Below are positions 46,720-57,220 of a stretch of DNA of 64,000 nucleotides, in pieces. Location: the NCBI GenBank assembly GCA_963700635.1, contig CAVOYH010000003.1, forward strand, positions 576,001 through 640,000, in the 5' to 3' direction. How positions within the stretch are numbered: the stretch's first letter is position 1; each line of letters begins with the position of its first letter. The translations under genes were made by a program, and so were the position numbers. The notes below the pieces were generated by a model. It was given only the letters and a program-made list of their open reading frames with translations, did no database searches and had not been told where the DNA came from. The DNA comes from an uncultured Bacteroidota bacterium (GTDB taxonomy: Bacteria; Bacteroidota; Ignavibacteria; UBA10030; UBA6906).

Positions 46720-48441
46720 ATGGGCACTCCTCCCTCCCCCCGCACGTCCTCATCTCTCCCCCCACTCCGGTGGCAACGCGCTGCAATGCTGGGAAGTCTC
46801 TGGGCTGCAAATGAAATCGTTCTGGGGAGTTTTCTTCACAACGTCGGTATCCCATTCACCGGAACATTGCTCGCGAGCATCGGCGTAATGTTGCTTGTTG
46901 CCGGCCTGCGTCTCTGGGACGATCCGGGAGTGATCTGGCGAGCGGGTGTCATCTGTTCGCTTATGAAGTCGATATCCCCCAGCGCGGTAATTCTCGGACC
47001 GATGATTGGTATCCTCGCTGAGGCCGGGATCGTGTATGTCTTCGTGCTTCTGTTTCGCCGTTCTCTGGCAGGCTGTCTTCTTGGCGGCATGATCGCCAGT
47101 GTGACGCCAATTCTCCAGAAGATCTTGAGCATCCTCGTCGCATACGGAATGGATGCCGCACGCATGTACGCATCGCTGTTCACGCTGCTTTCGCAACGGC
47201 TGGGATTTACAGACGTCGATGCTGAAGGTGCCCTCTGGATACTCGCCGGCGCGCAGACCATCCCCGGAGCTCTTGCCGTTCTGGCAGGGGTGGCTGTCGC
47301 ACGCAGAGCCCGCGCTATGCCCCCACAGCAGAGCCAGCCATCGTCCGATGAAACAGCTCTTCATGCGCTGCACAGCACGGCACAACCACATTCACTCGCC
47401 GCTTTGATTTTCCATATCATATTCATCGTGGCGGGGCTGACCCTGATACCGTTCCTCCCGCAATTGCTGACCCCTGTTCCCGTTGCCGTGTATCTTCTCG
47501 GCGTTCTGTTCTGGTACCCGGGCCTGCGCAAAAAGTTTGCGCGCGTCCGATTGTGGGTGGAGTTCGCTGCCGTTGCCTTGCTTGCCGGATTGTTGCTGGG
47601 AACTCTGGCACCAGGAGGTATGGGCACGTGGTGGACCGGATTACTCAGCGGGGTTGTCATGGCTGCCCGTGCGACTCTCGTCGTGGCTGCCTTCAGCGCC
47701 ATAAGCATCGAGCTCAGAAATCCGGTTGTTGTCAACTGGTTTCTGCAGCGCGGCCTCGGCACGGTTTCCGATGCGCTCCAGGTTGCGTTCCGCGCTCTGC
47801 CGGCCATGATTCAGTCGCTTGGCCGGCAACGTAATGGCCTGCGGCATCCTCTCCGGGCGTTCAGCACCATGCTTGCTTTTATGCTTGCGCAGCTCGACGA
47901 TTTATCCCGCATTCCTATGCGGGCCAGCATCGTTCTGCTGACGGGAGCACAGGGAGTCGGGAAGACAACCCTGCTGACCAGGGCCATTGCACATATGCGG
48001 AAGAATGGGCTGTCCGTTGGGGGAATTCTCTCGCATGTCCGCCATAGTGACTCTGTGCGAATCGGTTATGATATTGAAAATATCCTGACCGGGGAACATA
48101 CGACGTTGTGCAGGGCGGATCATGGAGTCACCGGAAAGGTTGTCGGCTCTTTTGTGTTCGATGACGAAGGCCTTACCTTGGGCGCAAAGGCTCTGGCCTG
48201 GGATTCTGTGAGGGAATGTAGTGTTGTCATCGTCGACGAAGTGGGACCGCTGGAAATGCAGGGAGGCGGCTGGGCGGAGGCAGCGCAACAACTCTTCCGG
48301 ATAGAGGAGAAGAAGATTGTTCTCGTCGTGAGACCCGGACTGGTGAATGACATTCAGGCAGCGTGGGGCTTTGTGCCGGAGCGCGTGTGGGATATGAAGA
48401 GTCTCGATGAAGAGGAATTCTTGCAGGAGGTAGTCCGCTGA
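46720..48441 (+). CDS. Multi-pass membrane protein fused to a C-terminal THEP1/NTPase_1-like P-loop NTPase
   Basis: About 10 hydrophobic segments in residues 15-390; LLTGAQGVGKTT, VGGILS, R.GYD, VG.FVF, IVDEVGPLE. Confidence 0.8.
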   Translation: MGTPPSPRTSSSLPPLRWQRAAMLGSLWAANEIVLGSFLHNVGIPFTGTLLASIGVMLLVAGLRLWDDPGVIWRAGVICSLMKSISPSAVILGPMIGILAEAGIVYVFVLLFRRSLAGCLLGGMIASVTPILQKILSILVAYGMDAARMYASLFTLLSQRLGFTDVDAEGALWILAGAQTIPGALAVLAGVAVARRARAMPPQQSQPSSDETALHALHSTAQPHSLAALIFHIIFIVAGLTLIPFLPQLLTPVPVAVYLLGVLFWYPGLRKKFARVRLWVEFAAVALLAGLLLGTLAPGGMGTWWTGLLSGVVMAARATLVVAAFSAISIELRNPVVVNWFLQRGLGTVSDALQVAFRALPAMIQSLGRQRNGLRHPLRAFSTMLAFMLAQLDDLSRIPMRASIVLLTGAQGVGKTTLLTRAIAHMRKNGLSVGGILSHVRHSDSVRIGYDIENILTGEHTTLCRADHGVTGKVVGSFVFDDEGLTLGAKALAWDSVRECSVVIVDEVGPLEMQGGGWAEAAQQLFRIEEKKIVLVVRPGLVNDIQAAWGFVPERVWDMKSLDEEEFLQEVVR

Positions 48442-48525
48442 TGGGGTCGGACTTTTGCACCTTTTTGCATGATTGCTGCATCTCATAGATGACCATCTCT
48501 CTCAAAACTCGACAAAGGGTTCGTT

Positions 48526-48963
48526 ATGGCATCCAAACAGGCGATTGTTAAACAGCTTGACGGCGTCACCTTCATGGCAAAGGGGGATTCCGGTCATTGG
48601 GTCTCCATGGACGGCCCCGAAGATTTCGGTGGGAGCAACGCCGCCTCCCGCCCCAAAGAACTTGTCCTCTTCGCCCTCGGGGGATGCACCGGAAGTGATG
48701 TGGCTGCCATCCTGAAGAAGAAAAGAGCCTCGCTTCAGGACTTTGAAATGATTATCAAGGGGACCCAGGCAGAAGAGCACCCGCAGGTCTTTACCGAGAT
48801 CCACATCGAATACGTATTTTATGGCACAGGCATCATCCCTGCCGATGTCGAGCGGGCGATCGAACTCTCCACGACAAAATACTGTGCTGTCTCCGCGATG
48901 CTTCGCGCAAGTGTCAAGCTCACACATTCATATCGCATTGAGCCACCAAAGGGTGTCGTATAA
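48526..48963 (+). CDS. OsmC/YhfA family protein
   Basis: P.EL...ALGGCTG.D, HP.VF..I, RAIELS..KYC.V. Confidence 0.9.
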   Translation: MASKQAIVKQLDGVTFMAKGDSGHWVSMDGPEDFGGSNAASRPKELVLFALGGCTGSDVAAILKKKRASLQDFEMIIKGTQAEEHPQVFTEIHIEYVFYGTGIIPADVERAIELSTTKYCAVSAMLRASVKLTHSYRIEPPKGVV

Positions 48964-49021
48964 GCGGACAACGGCGACGGCGTACCATGGCCGGCGCAAA
49001 GCATTTTTCTATCCTTACGGA

Positions 49022-49594
49022 ATGCCCATGCACAAATTTAATCCTGATAATGCCCTCCGGCTCGAGCGTCCCGAACGGTATCAGTTACTTCCTCCGCAGG
49101 AGACTCTCCATCGTTTTGGCGTTCGTAACGGGATGACGGTGGTTGACATTGGGGCCGGAACGGGATTCTTCGCCCGGGCGGCGGCAGAACTCACCGGACC
49201 AGCCGGGCGGGTGTATGCCGTGGACATGTCGCCGGAGATGATCGCGTATCTCAAGGCCAGCGCCATTCCGGCACACCTGAATACGGTCCTTTCCGAGGAG
49301 TATACGATTCCGCTCCCGGATGGAACGGCGGATCTGACAGTACTGGCTTTTGTTGTGCATGAAACGCCAGATATTCTGCGATTTCTGGATGAAGCCCGCA
49401 GGATCACGCGGGCCGATGGGCACATGGTGATTCTGGATTGGAAAATGCAGGAAGAAGAGCATGGCCCTCCTGCGGACGAGCGCCTTGATGAGCAGGTGCT
49501 GCTGCAGACACTCTCTCCCCGCTTTGGAATAAAGGAACATGGCTCTTTGAACGCTTCACACTATTATGTTGTTGTACAGTTCTTAAGGCCATGA
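49022..49594 (+). CDS. Class I SAM-dependent methyltransferase
   Basis: VVDIGAGTGFF, VYAVD.S.EM, V.HE, DWK......GPP. Confidence 0.88.
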   Translation: MPMHKFNPDNALRLERPERYQLLPPQETLHRFGVRNGMTVVDIGAGTGFFARAAAELTGPAGRVYAVDMSPEMIAYLKASAIPAHLNTVLSEEYTIPLPDGTADLTVLAFVVHETPDILRFLDEARRITRADGHMVILDWKMQEEEHGPPADERLDEQVLLQTLSPRFGIKEHGSLNASHYYVVVQFLRP

Positions 49595-50001
49595 CTATGC
49601 GCGTACTCGTTCTGGCTGTCCTCGGCATTCTCACGATAGGTACTGTTTTGATCATGCAAGATGATTCATCTGAGACCATTACCCCGGCCGAAGTACACGC
49701 CCTCATGGAGAGCGACTCTGCGTATCTCCTGCTGGACGTCAGGACTGGAGAGGAATTCGACGGCCCATCCGGACACCTGCGCGGAGCTATTTTGATTCCT
49801 GTGCAGCATCTCAAGGAACGGCTGTCAGAACTCACCCCTCACACACACAAGACGATCATCGCGATCTGCCGGTCCGGAAACCGGAGCGGATACGCGACAA
49901 GTTTCTTGCGTGACAGAGGCTTTCGCACCCTCAACATGGTCGGCGGGATGGTGAGGTGGAATAATGAAAAACGGCCCACCGTCCAGACGGAACATCCATG
50001 A
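49591..50001 (+). CDS. Rhodanese with N-terminal anchor or signal
   Basis: LLDVRT..EF, GHL.GA, CRSGNRS, GGM..W. Confidence 0.9.
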   Translation: MTMRVLVLAVLGILTIGTVLIMQDDSSETITPAEVHALMESDSAYLLLDVRTGEEFDGPSGHLRGAILIPVQHLKERLSELTPHTHKTIIAICRSGNRSGYATSFLRDRGFRTLNMVGGMVRWNNEKRPTVQTEHP

Positions 50002-50390
50002 CCACAACCCAACTTGTCCTGTATGCCGCTCTGATTTTTATTATTCTCGTCTATCTCCGCAGGTTTTTTCTTACGCGGTCCATCAAAAGATATTCCGCTG
50101 TACAGCTTGCCGACCGGATGAGGGAGGGGGGGGTTGTGCTGCTTGATGTACGCACAGCGCCAGAACTCCGCTCGGGTACCCTCAAGGGAGCCGTGCATAT
50201 TCCGGCCCACGAACTCAAACGCCGGGCCGATGAACTGAAGAAGTATACCGACAGGGAAGTTGTCTGTTATTGTAAAACCGGACGCCGGAGCCTGCTCGCT
50301 GCCGCACGATTAACGCAACAGGGATTCCGGGCTTCCCATCTGGAAGGTGGCATCATCGAGTGGAACTTTTCACAGCGACAGAAAGGATAA
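49998..50390 (+). CDS. Rhodanese with N-terminal TM
   Basis: LLDVRT..E, CKTGRRS, LEGGI.EW. Confidence 0.9.
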   Translation: MTTTQLVLYAALIFIILVYLRRFFLTRSIKRYSAVQLADRMREGGVVLLDVRTAPELRSGTLKGAVHIPAHELKRRADELKKYTDREVVCYCKTGRRSLLAAARLTQQGFRASHLEGGIIEWNFSQRQKG

Positions 50391-50394
50391 GACG

Positions 50395-50778
50395 ATGAAG
50401 TACGGTTTTTCAAAGGCCGTGGATCTCACCTTCGATCAGGCTCTCGAGAAGGTGACCGTAGAATTAAAGAAGGAGGGGTTCGGTGTACTCACGACCATCG
50501 ACGTGCAGGAGACGCTCAAAACCAAATTGGATGTTGAATTCCCCCGGTATGTCATTCTCGGAGCGTGTAATCCTCCGTTCGCGCACAAAGCTCTACAGGC
50601 AGAGGAAGAGATCGGGCTTCTGCTTCCCTGCAACGTGATCGTCTATGAGAAGCTGGGCAAGACCCGTGTCGCCGCGTTTGATCCCATGGTGATGAGCGTA
50701 ATCCTCGGCAACCGTCAGATGGAACCGATTGCGGAAGAGGTAAAAATCCGTCTCAAACGTGTGATCGCGGAAATGTAA
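50395..50778 (+). CDS. DUF302 family protein
   Basis: LK.EGFGVLT.IDV..TLK.KL, Y.ILGACNP..A, IGLLLPCNV. Confidence 0.9.
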   Translation: MKYGFSKAVDLTFDQALEKVTVELKKEGFGVLTTIDVQETLKTKLDVEFPRYVILGACNPPFAHKALQAEEEIGLLLPCNVIVYEKLGKTRVAAFDPMVMSVILGNRQMEPIAEEVKIRLKRVIAEM

Positions 50779-50802
50779 CAGATCGCTCCGCATCACGGAC
50801 GT

Positions 50803-52029
50803 TCAGAAGAAATAGAATGCGGCACAAAGAACACGGTTGTTCGCGGCAAGCGTAGCGTTTTCCACTTTCCCCTTGTTTTGACCGTTTGGCGTACCGTATC
50901 GGGCTGCAGTATGTTCGTATTCCGCTGCAAAACGCACCTTGCCCGTGTTCCAGACTATCCGCGGTGCAATACGGATTATGTTGTCGATATCGTTCCCCCG
51001 TCCGTAAGATGTTCCGGTGAGATTTTCATTCGCTCCCATATTTTTCGAGTATCCGGCAAATAGTGCAAGCTCCACATCCTTGCCCGCCGAAATCTCCCCC
51101 CAGCACGACCAGCTCTTTAGCCCTGAATACTGCTCAATTCCAGTCACCGTGTCGGCTGTTTTGACACCATAGCCACCGATCATGAGAAGATCGGAAAGAT
51201 TTTCTCCATAGGTTCCTTCCGCTTTCACGGTCACCGGACCCAGAACGACCTTCGCGTATCCCAGAAAGGCCGTGCTGTGGATGGCAGCGTCAGTAGCGAT
51301 ATTCTTCGCCGTAACCAGACGGGGAACCAGCCTTTTCCAGTCGGCCCCGAAGCCGAGCAAGGTACCGTCACTCGAATATTGTAATTGCGCATGAAGATTT
51401 GGCACCACCGCGTTGCGGAGGTACGAGGAACTCAGCCCGGCCGGTCCGCTGCTCTGAAAATCCCGCTGTGACATTGCCGCGAGAATGAGCTTCACCCTAT
51501 CGAAGGAATGGGAAAACCGGATTTGCGGATTTCTTGAAAACGCCTGAAAGGGCACGCCGGTATTAAAGGACACAACACCGGGATACATCTCCACCACAAA
51601 CATGGGGTGCCAGAATTGCCCGATAAGAAGGGACGAGCGGTCCCAGTCCAGTTTCACATACGCATGCCGGATCCGGAACCCGCTGGCATCGGCATCGGAC
51701 GTCCCGAAGAACTCTCCTTCGATCAATCCTGACGTCTTTGCACCAAGGGCATCCGGCCCCGTAATCCTGCCGAGGAGTCTGGTCTGAAGAGAGAGGATAT
51801 TAAAGTTTGCCTTCTTATTGATGTCTTCTCCGAATTTATCGCGTACCACCGGTGACGGATAAAGCAAGAAATGCCCCTCACGGGCAGCAACGGTCTGCCG
51901 GGAATCAAAGATACAATCGGTCTTTACGAATCCGGAAAAGGTGATGCCGAATGTGGCCTGTTCCTGCTGGGCAGAAGCGACAACGGCAAGAAAACAGATA
52001 CACGCCAGCGCAAGAAATCGTACACTCAT
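50803..52029 (-). CDS. DcaP-like outer-membrane carboxylate porin
   Basis: Signal peptide, SGFVK.D, TRL, IEGEFFG, FRIRHAY, GQ.W, R.PQIRF; C-terminal YFF. Confidence 0.75.
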   Translation of the reverse strand: MSVRFLALACICFLAVVASAQQEQATFGITFSGFVKTDCIFDSRQTVAAREGHFLLYPSPVVRDKFGEDINKKANFNILSLQTRLLGRITGPDALGAKTSGLIEGEFFGTSDADASGFRIRHAYVKLDWDRSSLLIGQFWHPMFVVEMYPGVVSFNTGVPFQAFSRNPQIRFSHSFDRVKLILAAMSQRDFQSSGPAGLSSSYLRNAVVPNLHAQLQYSSDGTLLGFGADWKRLVPRLVTAKNIATDAAIHSTAFLGYAKVVLGPVTVKAEGTYGENLSDLLMIGGYGVKTADTVTGIEQYSGLKSWSCWGEISAGKDVELALFAGYSKNMGANENLTGTSYGRGNDIDNIIRIAPRIVWNTGKVRFAAEYEHTAARYGTPNGQNKGKVENATLAANNRVLCAAFYFF

Positions 52030-52081
52030 GAATTCCTCTCGAGCGTTAGTCATAAAGATTTGTGTCCACACCGCAGCGGGG

Positions 52082-53665
52082 TTATTCTGCCCCGATGCCA
52101 AGATACGTTCGGAGTTTTTCCTCTTCAAACTTTGCTGCAGCCTCCGGCTCTTTGCTCATGATCGAAACAAGGTAGCCGACAAGGAATGCCGCGGGCATGG
52201 AAAAGAGAGCCGGGTTCTTTAACGGGAAGATCGCGGCGCTGTTGTGAAGGAGATCTACCCAGACCGTCGGACTGAGGACGATGAGCGTCACAGCCAATCC
52301 GGTGCCTGTAAGCACGCTGGCGACCGCCCCTTTCGTGGTGAATCCCTGCCACAAAATGGAGAGGAGAAGGGCGGGAAACGTAGCGCTTGCCGCGATGGCA
52401 AAGGCCAGACCGACCATAAAAGCAACATTCTGCCCCTTGAATATGAGTCCGAGCACGATTGCAAGAATGCCCAGGAAGAGGGTGGATGCTTTCGCCACGC
52501 GGATTTCACCGGCCTCATCGGCTTTCCCGCGCTTGACGACATTGACGTACAGGTCGTGCGAAAGTGTGGAAGCTCCGGAAAGCGTCAGGCCCGCCACAAC
52601 CGCCAGAATGGTGGCAAATGCGACCGCTGCAATAAAGCCGAGGAAAAACTGGCCGCCCACCGATTCGGCGAGCAGCAACGCTGCCATGTTTCCACCTTTG
52701 TCGAAACTGCTCACCACCTCCTGGCTCACAAGAACCATTGCACCGAATCCGATAAAGAAGGTAAGAATGTAGAAGTAACCGATGAACCCTGTTGCTATAA
52801 AAACAGATTTCCTCGCCTGTTTTGCGTCTGGCACGGTGAAAAAACGCATGAGGATGTGTGGCAGCCCTGCGGTCCCCAACATCAACGCAAGACCAAGGGA
52901 CAGAGCATCCCAGGGATTGGTCACAAAACCACCCGGTGACAGAACCTTGTCGGAATACATGACGGCTGCTTTTTCAAACAGCAGTAACGGGTTCATGCTA
53001 AAATGTGAGAGCGTCATGATAACCAGCAGCGTGGCTCCGCCGAGAAGTAACACGGCTTTGATGATCTGAACCCAGGTCGTCGCGAGCATGCCGCCGAAGA
53101 GTACGTAGGCGATCATGACGCACCCGACAATGATGACAGCCGCTTCATACGGCAGACCGAACAGCGTGGTGATAAGAGAGCCGGCGCCCACCATCTGGGC
53201 AATAAGATAGAATACGATCGTCATCAACGAACCAATCGAAGACCCGATGCGCACAGGCCGCTGTTTCAGGCGGAAGGCCACTACGTCGGCAAACGTAAAT
53301 TTGCCCAGATTCCTGAGCGGTTCAGCAATGAGAAACATCACCAGGGGCCATCCGACAAGAAATCCAATGGAATAGATGAGACCGTCGTATCCTTTCAGGG
53401 CGACCATACCGGCAATCCCCAGGAACGATGCCGCGCTCATGTAATCACCCGCGAGCGCGAGTCCGTTTTGCAGGCCGGAAATACTCCTGTCGGCCGCATA
53501 AAATTCTGATGTGGTCTTCGTCCGCTTGGCAGCCCAATACGTTATCGCCAGTGTAATCATGACGAAAACGAAGAAGATGATAATGGAAGCGGTATTCACC
53601 TGACCGAGTGTTGACTGAAAAGTATCCAAAGCAAGTTCCTCCTGGTTCCGAAGAGTGGTGAGCAC
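52082..53665 (-). CDS. actP: Cation/acetate symporter
   Basis: [89 protein letters not shown]. Confidence 0.93.
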   Translation of the reverse strand: MLTTLRNQEELALDTFQSTLGQVNTASIIIFFVFVMITLAITYWAAKRTKTTSEFYAADRSISGLQNGLALAGDYMSAASFLGIAGMVALKGYDGLIYSIGFLVGWPLVMFLIAEPLRNLGKFTFADVVAFRLKQRPVRIGSSIGSLMTIVFYLIAQMVGAGSLITTLFGLPYEAAVIIVGCVMIAYVLFGGMLATTWVQIIKAVLLLGGATLLVIMTLSHFSMNPLLLFEKAAVMYSDKVLSPGGFVTNPWDALSLGLALMLGTAGLPHILMRFFTVPDAKQARKSVFIATGFIGYFYILTFFIGFGAMVLVSQEVVSSFDKGGNMAALLLAESVGGQFFLGFIAAVAFATILAVVAGLTLSGASTLSHDLYVNVVKRGKADEAGEIRVAKASTLFLGILAIVLGLIFKGQNVAFMVGLAFAIAASATFPALLLSILWQGFTTKGAVASVLTGTGLAVTLIVLSPTVWVDLLHNSAAIFPLKNPALFSMPAAFLVGYLVSIMSKEPEAAAKFEEEKLRTYLGIGAE

Positions 53666-53668
53666 GGC

Positions 53669-53983
53669 CTATTGATGAAGTACCTTGTTGCGTAGTTCTC
53701 TCACTTTCGCGTCGTATGAACGATTCGCCCATCGTGTATAGTAACCGGTCAAGAGCCAGGCAAACAGGATAAGGCTTATGCCGATGGGAAGACCGAGGGT
53801 CAGGTATTCACTGATCTTATAGGACAGAAATTCTGGGAAGAATGCGATGGTGAGGATAAAACCGAAATATACCACCAGCATGACCACCGTCAGGACAGAA
53901 GATACCATAATTCTCTGCCTGACAAGACTCCTGAATTCATCCGAGTTGAGGATCTCCCGGATTTTCGATGCCTGTACGCTCAT
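53669..53983 (-). CDS. yjcH: DUF485 membrane protein (ActP partner)
   Basis: F..LV..R, Y.GFIL.IAF.P, Y..WAN..YD; GAGGAG RBS; directly upstream of actP. Confidence 0.88.
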   Translation of the reverse strand: MSVQASKIREILNSDEFRSLVRQRIMVSSVLTVVMLVVYFGFILTIAFFPEFLSYKISEYLTLGLPIGISLILFAWLLTGYYTRWANRSYDAKVRELRNKVLHQ

Positions 53984-54134
53984 GGTGAATGCTCCTCTTC
54001 TGTTTTGCCGGTTTGGACGTACGTCTGTCACGTTTTTGATGTTCGGTTCGTGCTCGAGGAATATGCCTGAGAACTGATAGAGCCAGAGGTCGGGGAGGTC
54101 ACCCGATATGGGGCGGAGGACTCGCTGGTCTCGC

Positions 54135-54163
54135 AGTATAGGGATTTTTTCTTGAAAACCCAA
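54135..54163 (-). promoter_or_regulatory. Possible sigma70-type promoter for yjcH-actP-porin
   Basis: Minus strand TTGGGT-N17-TATACT. Confidence 0.4.
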
Positions 54164-54268
54164 CACCGTGTGGAAATGTGCCGGTAAGCACGGTGTGGAG
54201 GGGGCGTCCGGGCAAGGTATCAGGCCGATCGGCTCTCGGGAGACAGGACATCCGTAAAACTGTGCGTA

Positions 54269-57217
54269 TTACCTGGCCACACCCTTGAACCCAAGACTGA
54301 TAGCAGCCTTGAAGCTGTCGATTTGCCCCACCCCCCTTTTGAGCATCATGAGGTCTGACTCCGTACACTCAGCTGGATCGATCTCATTGTTTGGAGAAAG
54401 GTTTTCTGATATCAGCTTCGCCTGATGCCGGAACCGTATGCGCATCAGAAAGGAATAGAGCTCCGCGATGTCCTGATACGTCCTTCGTGAAAACACGTTC
54501 GCCTCGTAGAGGAGCGCAAGTCGGTCCAGTGTATTGGTGCCTGCCACCTGATGTTTCAGGGCATGGAGCCTTGCGCCATCGACAATGGGCATGATAACTT
54601 TCTTGATGTCAAACGGTCCCTTCAGCTTCTGGATACCATCCGGCAACTCCCATTTGATCACACTGTCGGACAGATAGAGAAAGAACGGATCATTTCCCGT
54701 TAGCACTTTTTTTACGTGAGTCTGAAGGGATTGTACGATTTCCTCGTTGCCATGGAGAAGACGGAAATCGAAGAAGGTTTTTGCATCGAGCAGATCCTGC
54801 GGGCTTGCGTTCGTCACCCAATCCGTAAAATACGTTTTCCATACGGCAAGTGGTTGACACCATTTCACGTTCTTCGCCATGATGCCACCCTTGCAAAAAT
54901 GATAGCCCACGGTATCGAGCGCCGCGCAGACTTCTTCTCCCAGGCGCAGGAAATATGCCTGTGACTTTTCCCGAAGGTCGGGAGATGGGTCTTGATATAC
55001 AATCGCATTGTCCTGATCAGTAAGGAGTGTTTGTTCCTTCCTTCCATCACTCCCGAGCGCGATAAAGGCGAACGGAACAGGTGGTTCCCCAAGATCGTCC
55101 ATAGCCAGGACAATGATACGATGGGTGAGTGCCTGAGAGATCAGCGTGGTCACCCGCGTAACGTCGGCGACGTGCGCTCCCCTCGCGATAAGAGTCTGTA
55201 CCAGGAACTGGAGTCTGGAATGATACTCTTTTAATTCACGGGCCGTAGAAAGAGATTCAATCCTCTGGAGGAAGTAGAGATACGAGGTATACAGTGCGTG
55301 CTGAATATCCCGTGCATGGACAATGCCGGCGGGTGTACCGTCGGTACGGTTGACCACAACGTGGGAAACATGTTTTTCAGCAAATAGCTGGAGGACATCG
55401 AACACTGTCGAGGAAGAAGGTACTCCCAAAAGCGGGGAGGTCATCACGGTGTGGACTGGATTATCAAGACCAACCTGAGGCGCCAGGACACGCTCCCGGA
55501 TGTCACATTCGGTCACAATCCCAATTGCCGACAATCCGGTTGTGGTGACGAGAATGGCATCCCGTTGTCGGCGTGTCATAAGCTGAACAGCATCCCCGAT
55601 TGTGGCCTGCATATCGCACGATGGATAGGATTCGGCAAAGGGCTGTACCGGTTGATGGAGCAGGAGGATGGAAATCTGAAGATCTGAAAGCAGGTTCTCG
55701 CGTTCGGTTTCTGAGCGCTTCTGCTCGGTGATGTCTTCCAGGACCCCGTCACACGCCAGAGGTTTTCCCTGTTTGTCCCGGATCAGAATGGCGGAAAGGG
55801 AGATGATGGCTTTTGCTCCCGTGAGACGGCGTACGGCGGTGATCCAGTTCCTGACGATTCCGGCTTCAAAAAGAGTCTCAAAGAATCTCCTTCCCTCGTG
55901 CACATCATCGAACAGCTCGAGCAGCGAATAGGTGAGGAGCATGTTCTTATCGGAGGCGCCAAGAATGTTTCCGGCGGCCGGATTCACTTCGAGAAATCTG
56001 GCCTCCTTTGTGGGCGCGGTGCGGAATACGCCGATAGAGAGCTGATTGGTCAGCGTTCGATACTGCTCCTGGCTGCTGTCAAGGGCGTCTTCGATTTGTT
56101 TGTGGCGGCTGATATCCTTGACACTCAGCACAATACCTTCCTTTTGTAGCAAGGTGATCGGCGAAATGCTGATGACGACATCCAGAACACCCCCGCTCAT
56201 CGTCCGGAGTTTTGCCTCCACCTGCTCCAGCGCTGCCTCTTGTCCGGCTACGGGTCGAAATGTTTCAAAATCAAAGATGTTCGCATGGGGGACCGAAATG
56301 AACAGATCGCGGAACGGCACTTCGCCGGAAAAGCCCTCAGCATAACCGATCATGGCATACAAAGCCTTGTTACAGAAGACTTCCTGATCCGCCATGACCA
56401 TGATCAAGCCCTCCGTCGAGGTTTCCACAAGCGCGCGGTATTTTTCTCTTGATGTATGCAGTTCCTGTTCAGCACGCTGCCGCTGGTTTTCTGCCCGGAG
56501 GTTTTGCCATGCAATGTACAGGAGCAGGATTGCAATAATGATGGAGATACCGATGGACATGTGAACCGTCTGTCGCTCCAACGCAGCGATTTCGGATTTG
56601 ACGTCTTCAATGTAGATCCCCGTTCCGACAATCCACTTCCAGGGTGTAAACCCTTTTACAAAGGACAGCTTGGGAACGATGCGTGTTGAGTCGTCCTTCC
56701 ACTGCCACGTGTAATCGACGTACCCCTCTCCGGCATTTTCCACCGCTGCCACCATCTCCACAAACATCCGGTTTCCGTATGAGTCGTCATACTCTTTCAG
56801 ACTCTTTCCGTTCAGATCAGGACGATAGGGATGCATGATCATGACCGGATCATGGTCGGTTATCCAGAAATAGTCTTTACCTTCCTTGCCGTATCTGAGC
56901 AGTTTTATCTGGTTCACCGCCGATTGCTGTGCCTGGTCCCGTGAAATCAATCCCCTCGTCTCCCGATCATGCCATTGCTCCAGGATGCTCCAGGCAGAAT
57001 TCGTCAGCTCCCGGATCATTTCGCGCTTTCGTCCATAGATGATCTCTTCGAACTGTGGTATCAGGACGAGAAACAGAGCGGTGATGAAAAGGCCGATTGT
57101 AAGGAGTGTGGGAAGGAGGGTCCTGACGATGAATCGTGTTCGATATCCGCCGGAAGTTTTCATGCGTAACTTTCCCGTGGAAAAGGGAGGAGCCATGATG
57201 TGACCGTTACGAAACAC
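54269..57217 (-). CDS. Transmembrane Cache-PAS-PAS-CBS-DUF294 nucleotidyltransferase-like sensor
   Basis: TM, single Cache (LRYG...DYFWI....P.MIMHP..PDL.GK, GYVDY.W, PKLSFVK.F.PW.WIVGTGIY), TM, two PAS, CBS pair (GIVTE.DI, VMTSP), GSDGRKEQTLLTDQDN, GGIMA.N..W, FFDFR, FDIKK, NTLDRL, R.RHQ. Start may be 57163. Confidence 0.85.
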   Translation of the reverse strand: MFRNGHIMAPPFSTGKLRMKTSGGYRTRFIVRTLLPTLLTIGLFITALFLVLIPQFEEIIYGRKREMIRELTNSAWSILEQWHDRETRGLISRDQAQQSAVNQIKLLRYGKEGKDYFWITDHDPVMIMHPYRPDLNGKSLKEYDDSYGNRMFVEMVAAVENAGEGYVDYTWQWKDDSTRIVPKLSFVKGFTPWKWIVGTGIYIEDVKSEIAALERQTVHMSIGISIIIAILLLYIAWQNLRAENQRQRAEQELHTSREKYRALVETSTEGLIMVMADQEVFCNKALYAMIGYAEGFSGEVPFRDLFISVPHANIFDFETFRPVAGQEAALEQVEAKLRTMSGGVLDVVISISPITLLQKEGIVLSVKDISRHKQIEDALDSSQEQYRTLTNQLSIGVFRTAPTKEARFLEVNPAAGNILGASDKNMLLTYSLLELFDDVHEGRRFFETLFEAGIVRNWITAVRRLTGAKAIISLSAILIRDKQGKPLACDGVLEDITEQKRSETERENLLSDLQISILLLHQPVQPFAESYPSCDMQATIGDAVQLMTRRQRDAILVTTTGLSAIGIVTECDIRERVLAPQVGLDNPVHTVMTSPLLGVPSSSTVFDVLQLFAEKHVSHVVVNRTDGTPAGIVHARDIQHALYTSYLYFLQRIESLSTARELKEYHSRLQFLVQTLIARGAHVADVTRVTTLISQALTHRIIVLAMDDLGEPPVPFAFIALGSDGRKEQTLLTDQDNAIVYQDPSPDLREKSQAYFLRLGEEVCAALDTVGYHFCKGGIMAKNVKWCQPLAVWKTYFTDWVTNASPQDLLDAKTFFDFRLLHGNEEIVQSLQTHVKKVLTGNDPFFLYLSDSVIKWELPDGIQKLKGPFDIKKVIMPIVDGARLHALKHQVAGTNTLDRLALLYEANVFSRRTYQDIAELYSFLMRIRFRHQAKLISENLSPNNEIDPAECTESDLMMLKRGVGQIDSFKAAISLGFKGVAR

Positions 57218-57220
57218 AGG

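Noticed and set aside
54016-54196. Palindrome GACGTACGTC and inverted repeat ACACCGTG...CACGGTGT upstream of yjcH
   Set aside because: Short enough to arise by chance; no second instance or known consensus supports an operator call.
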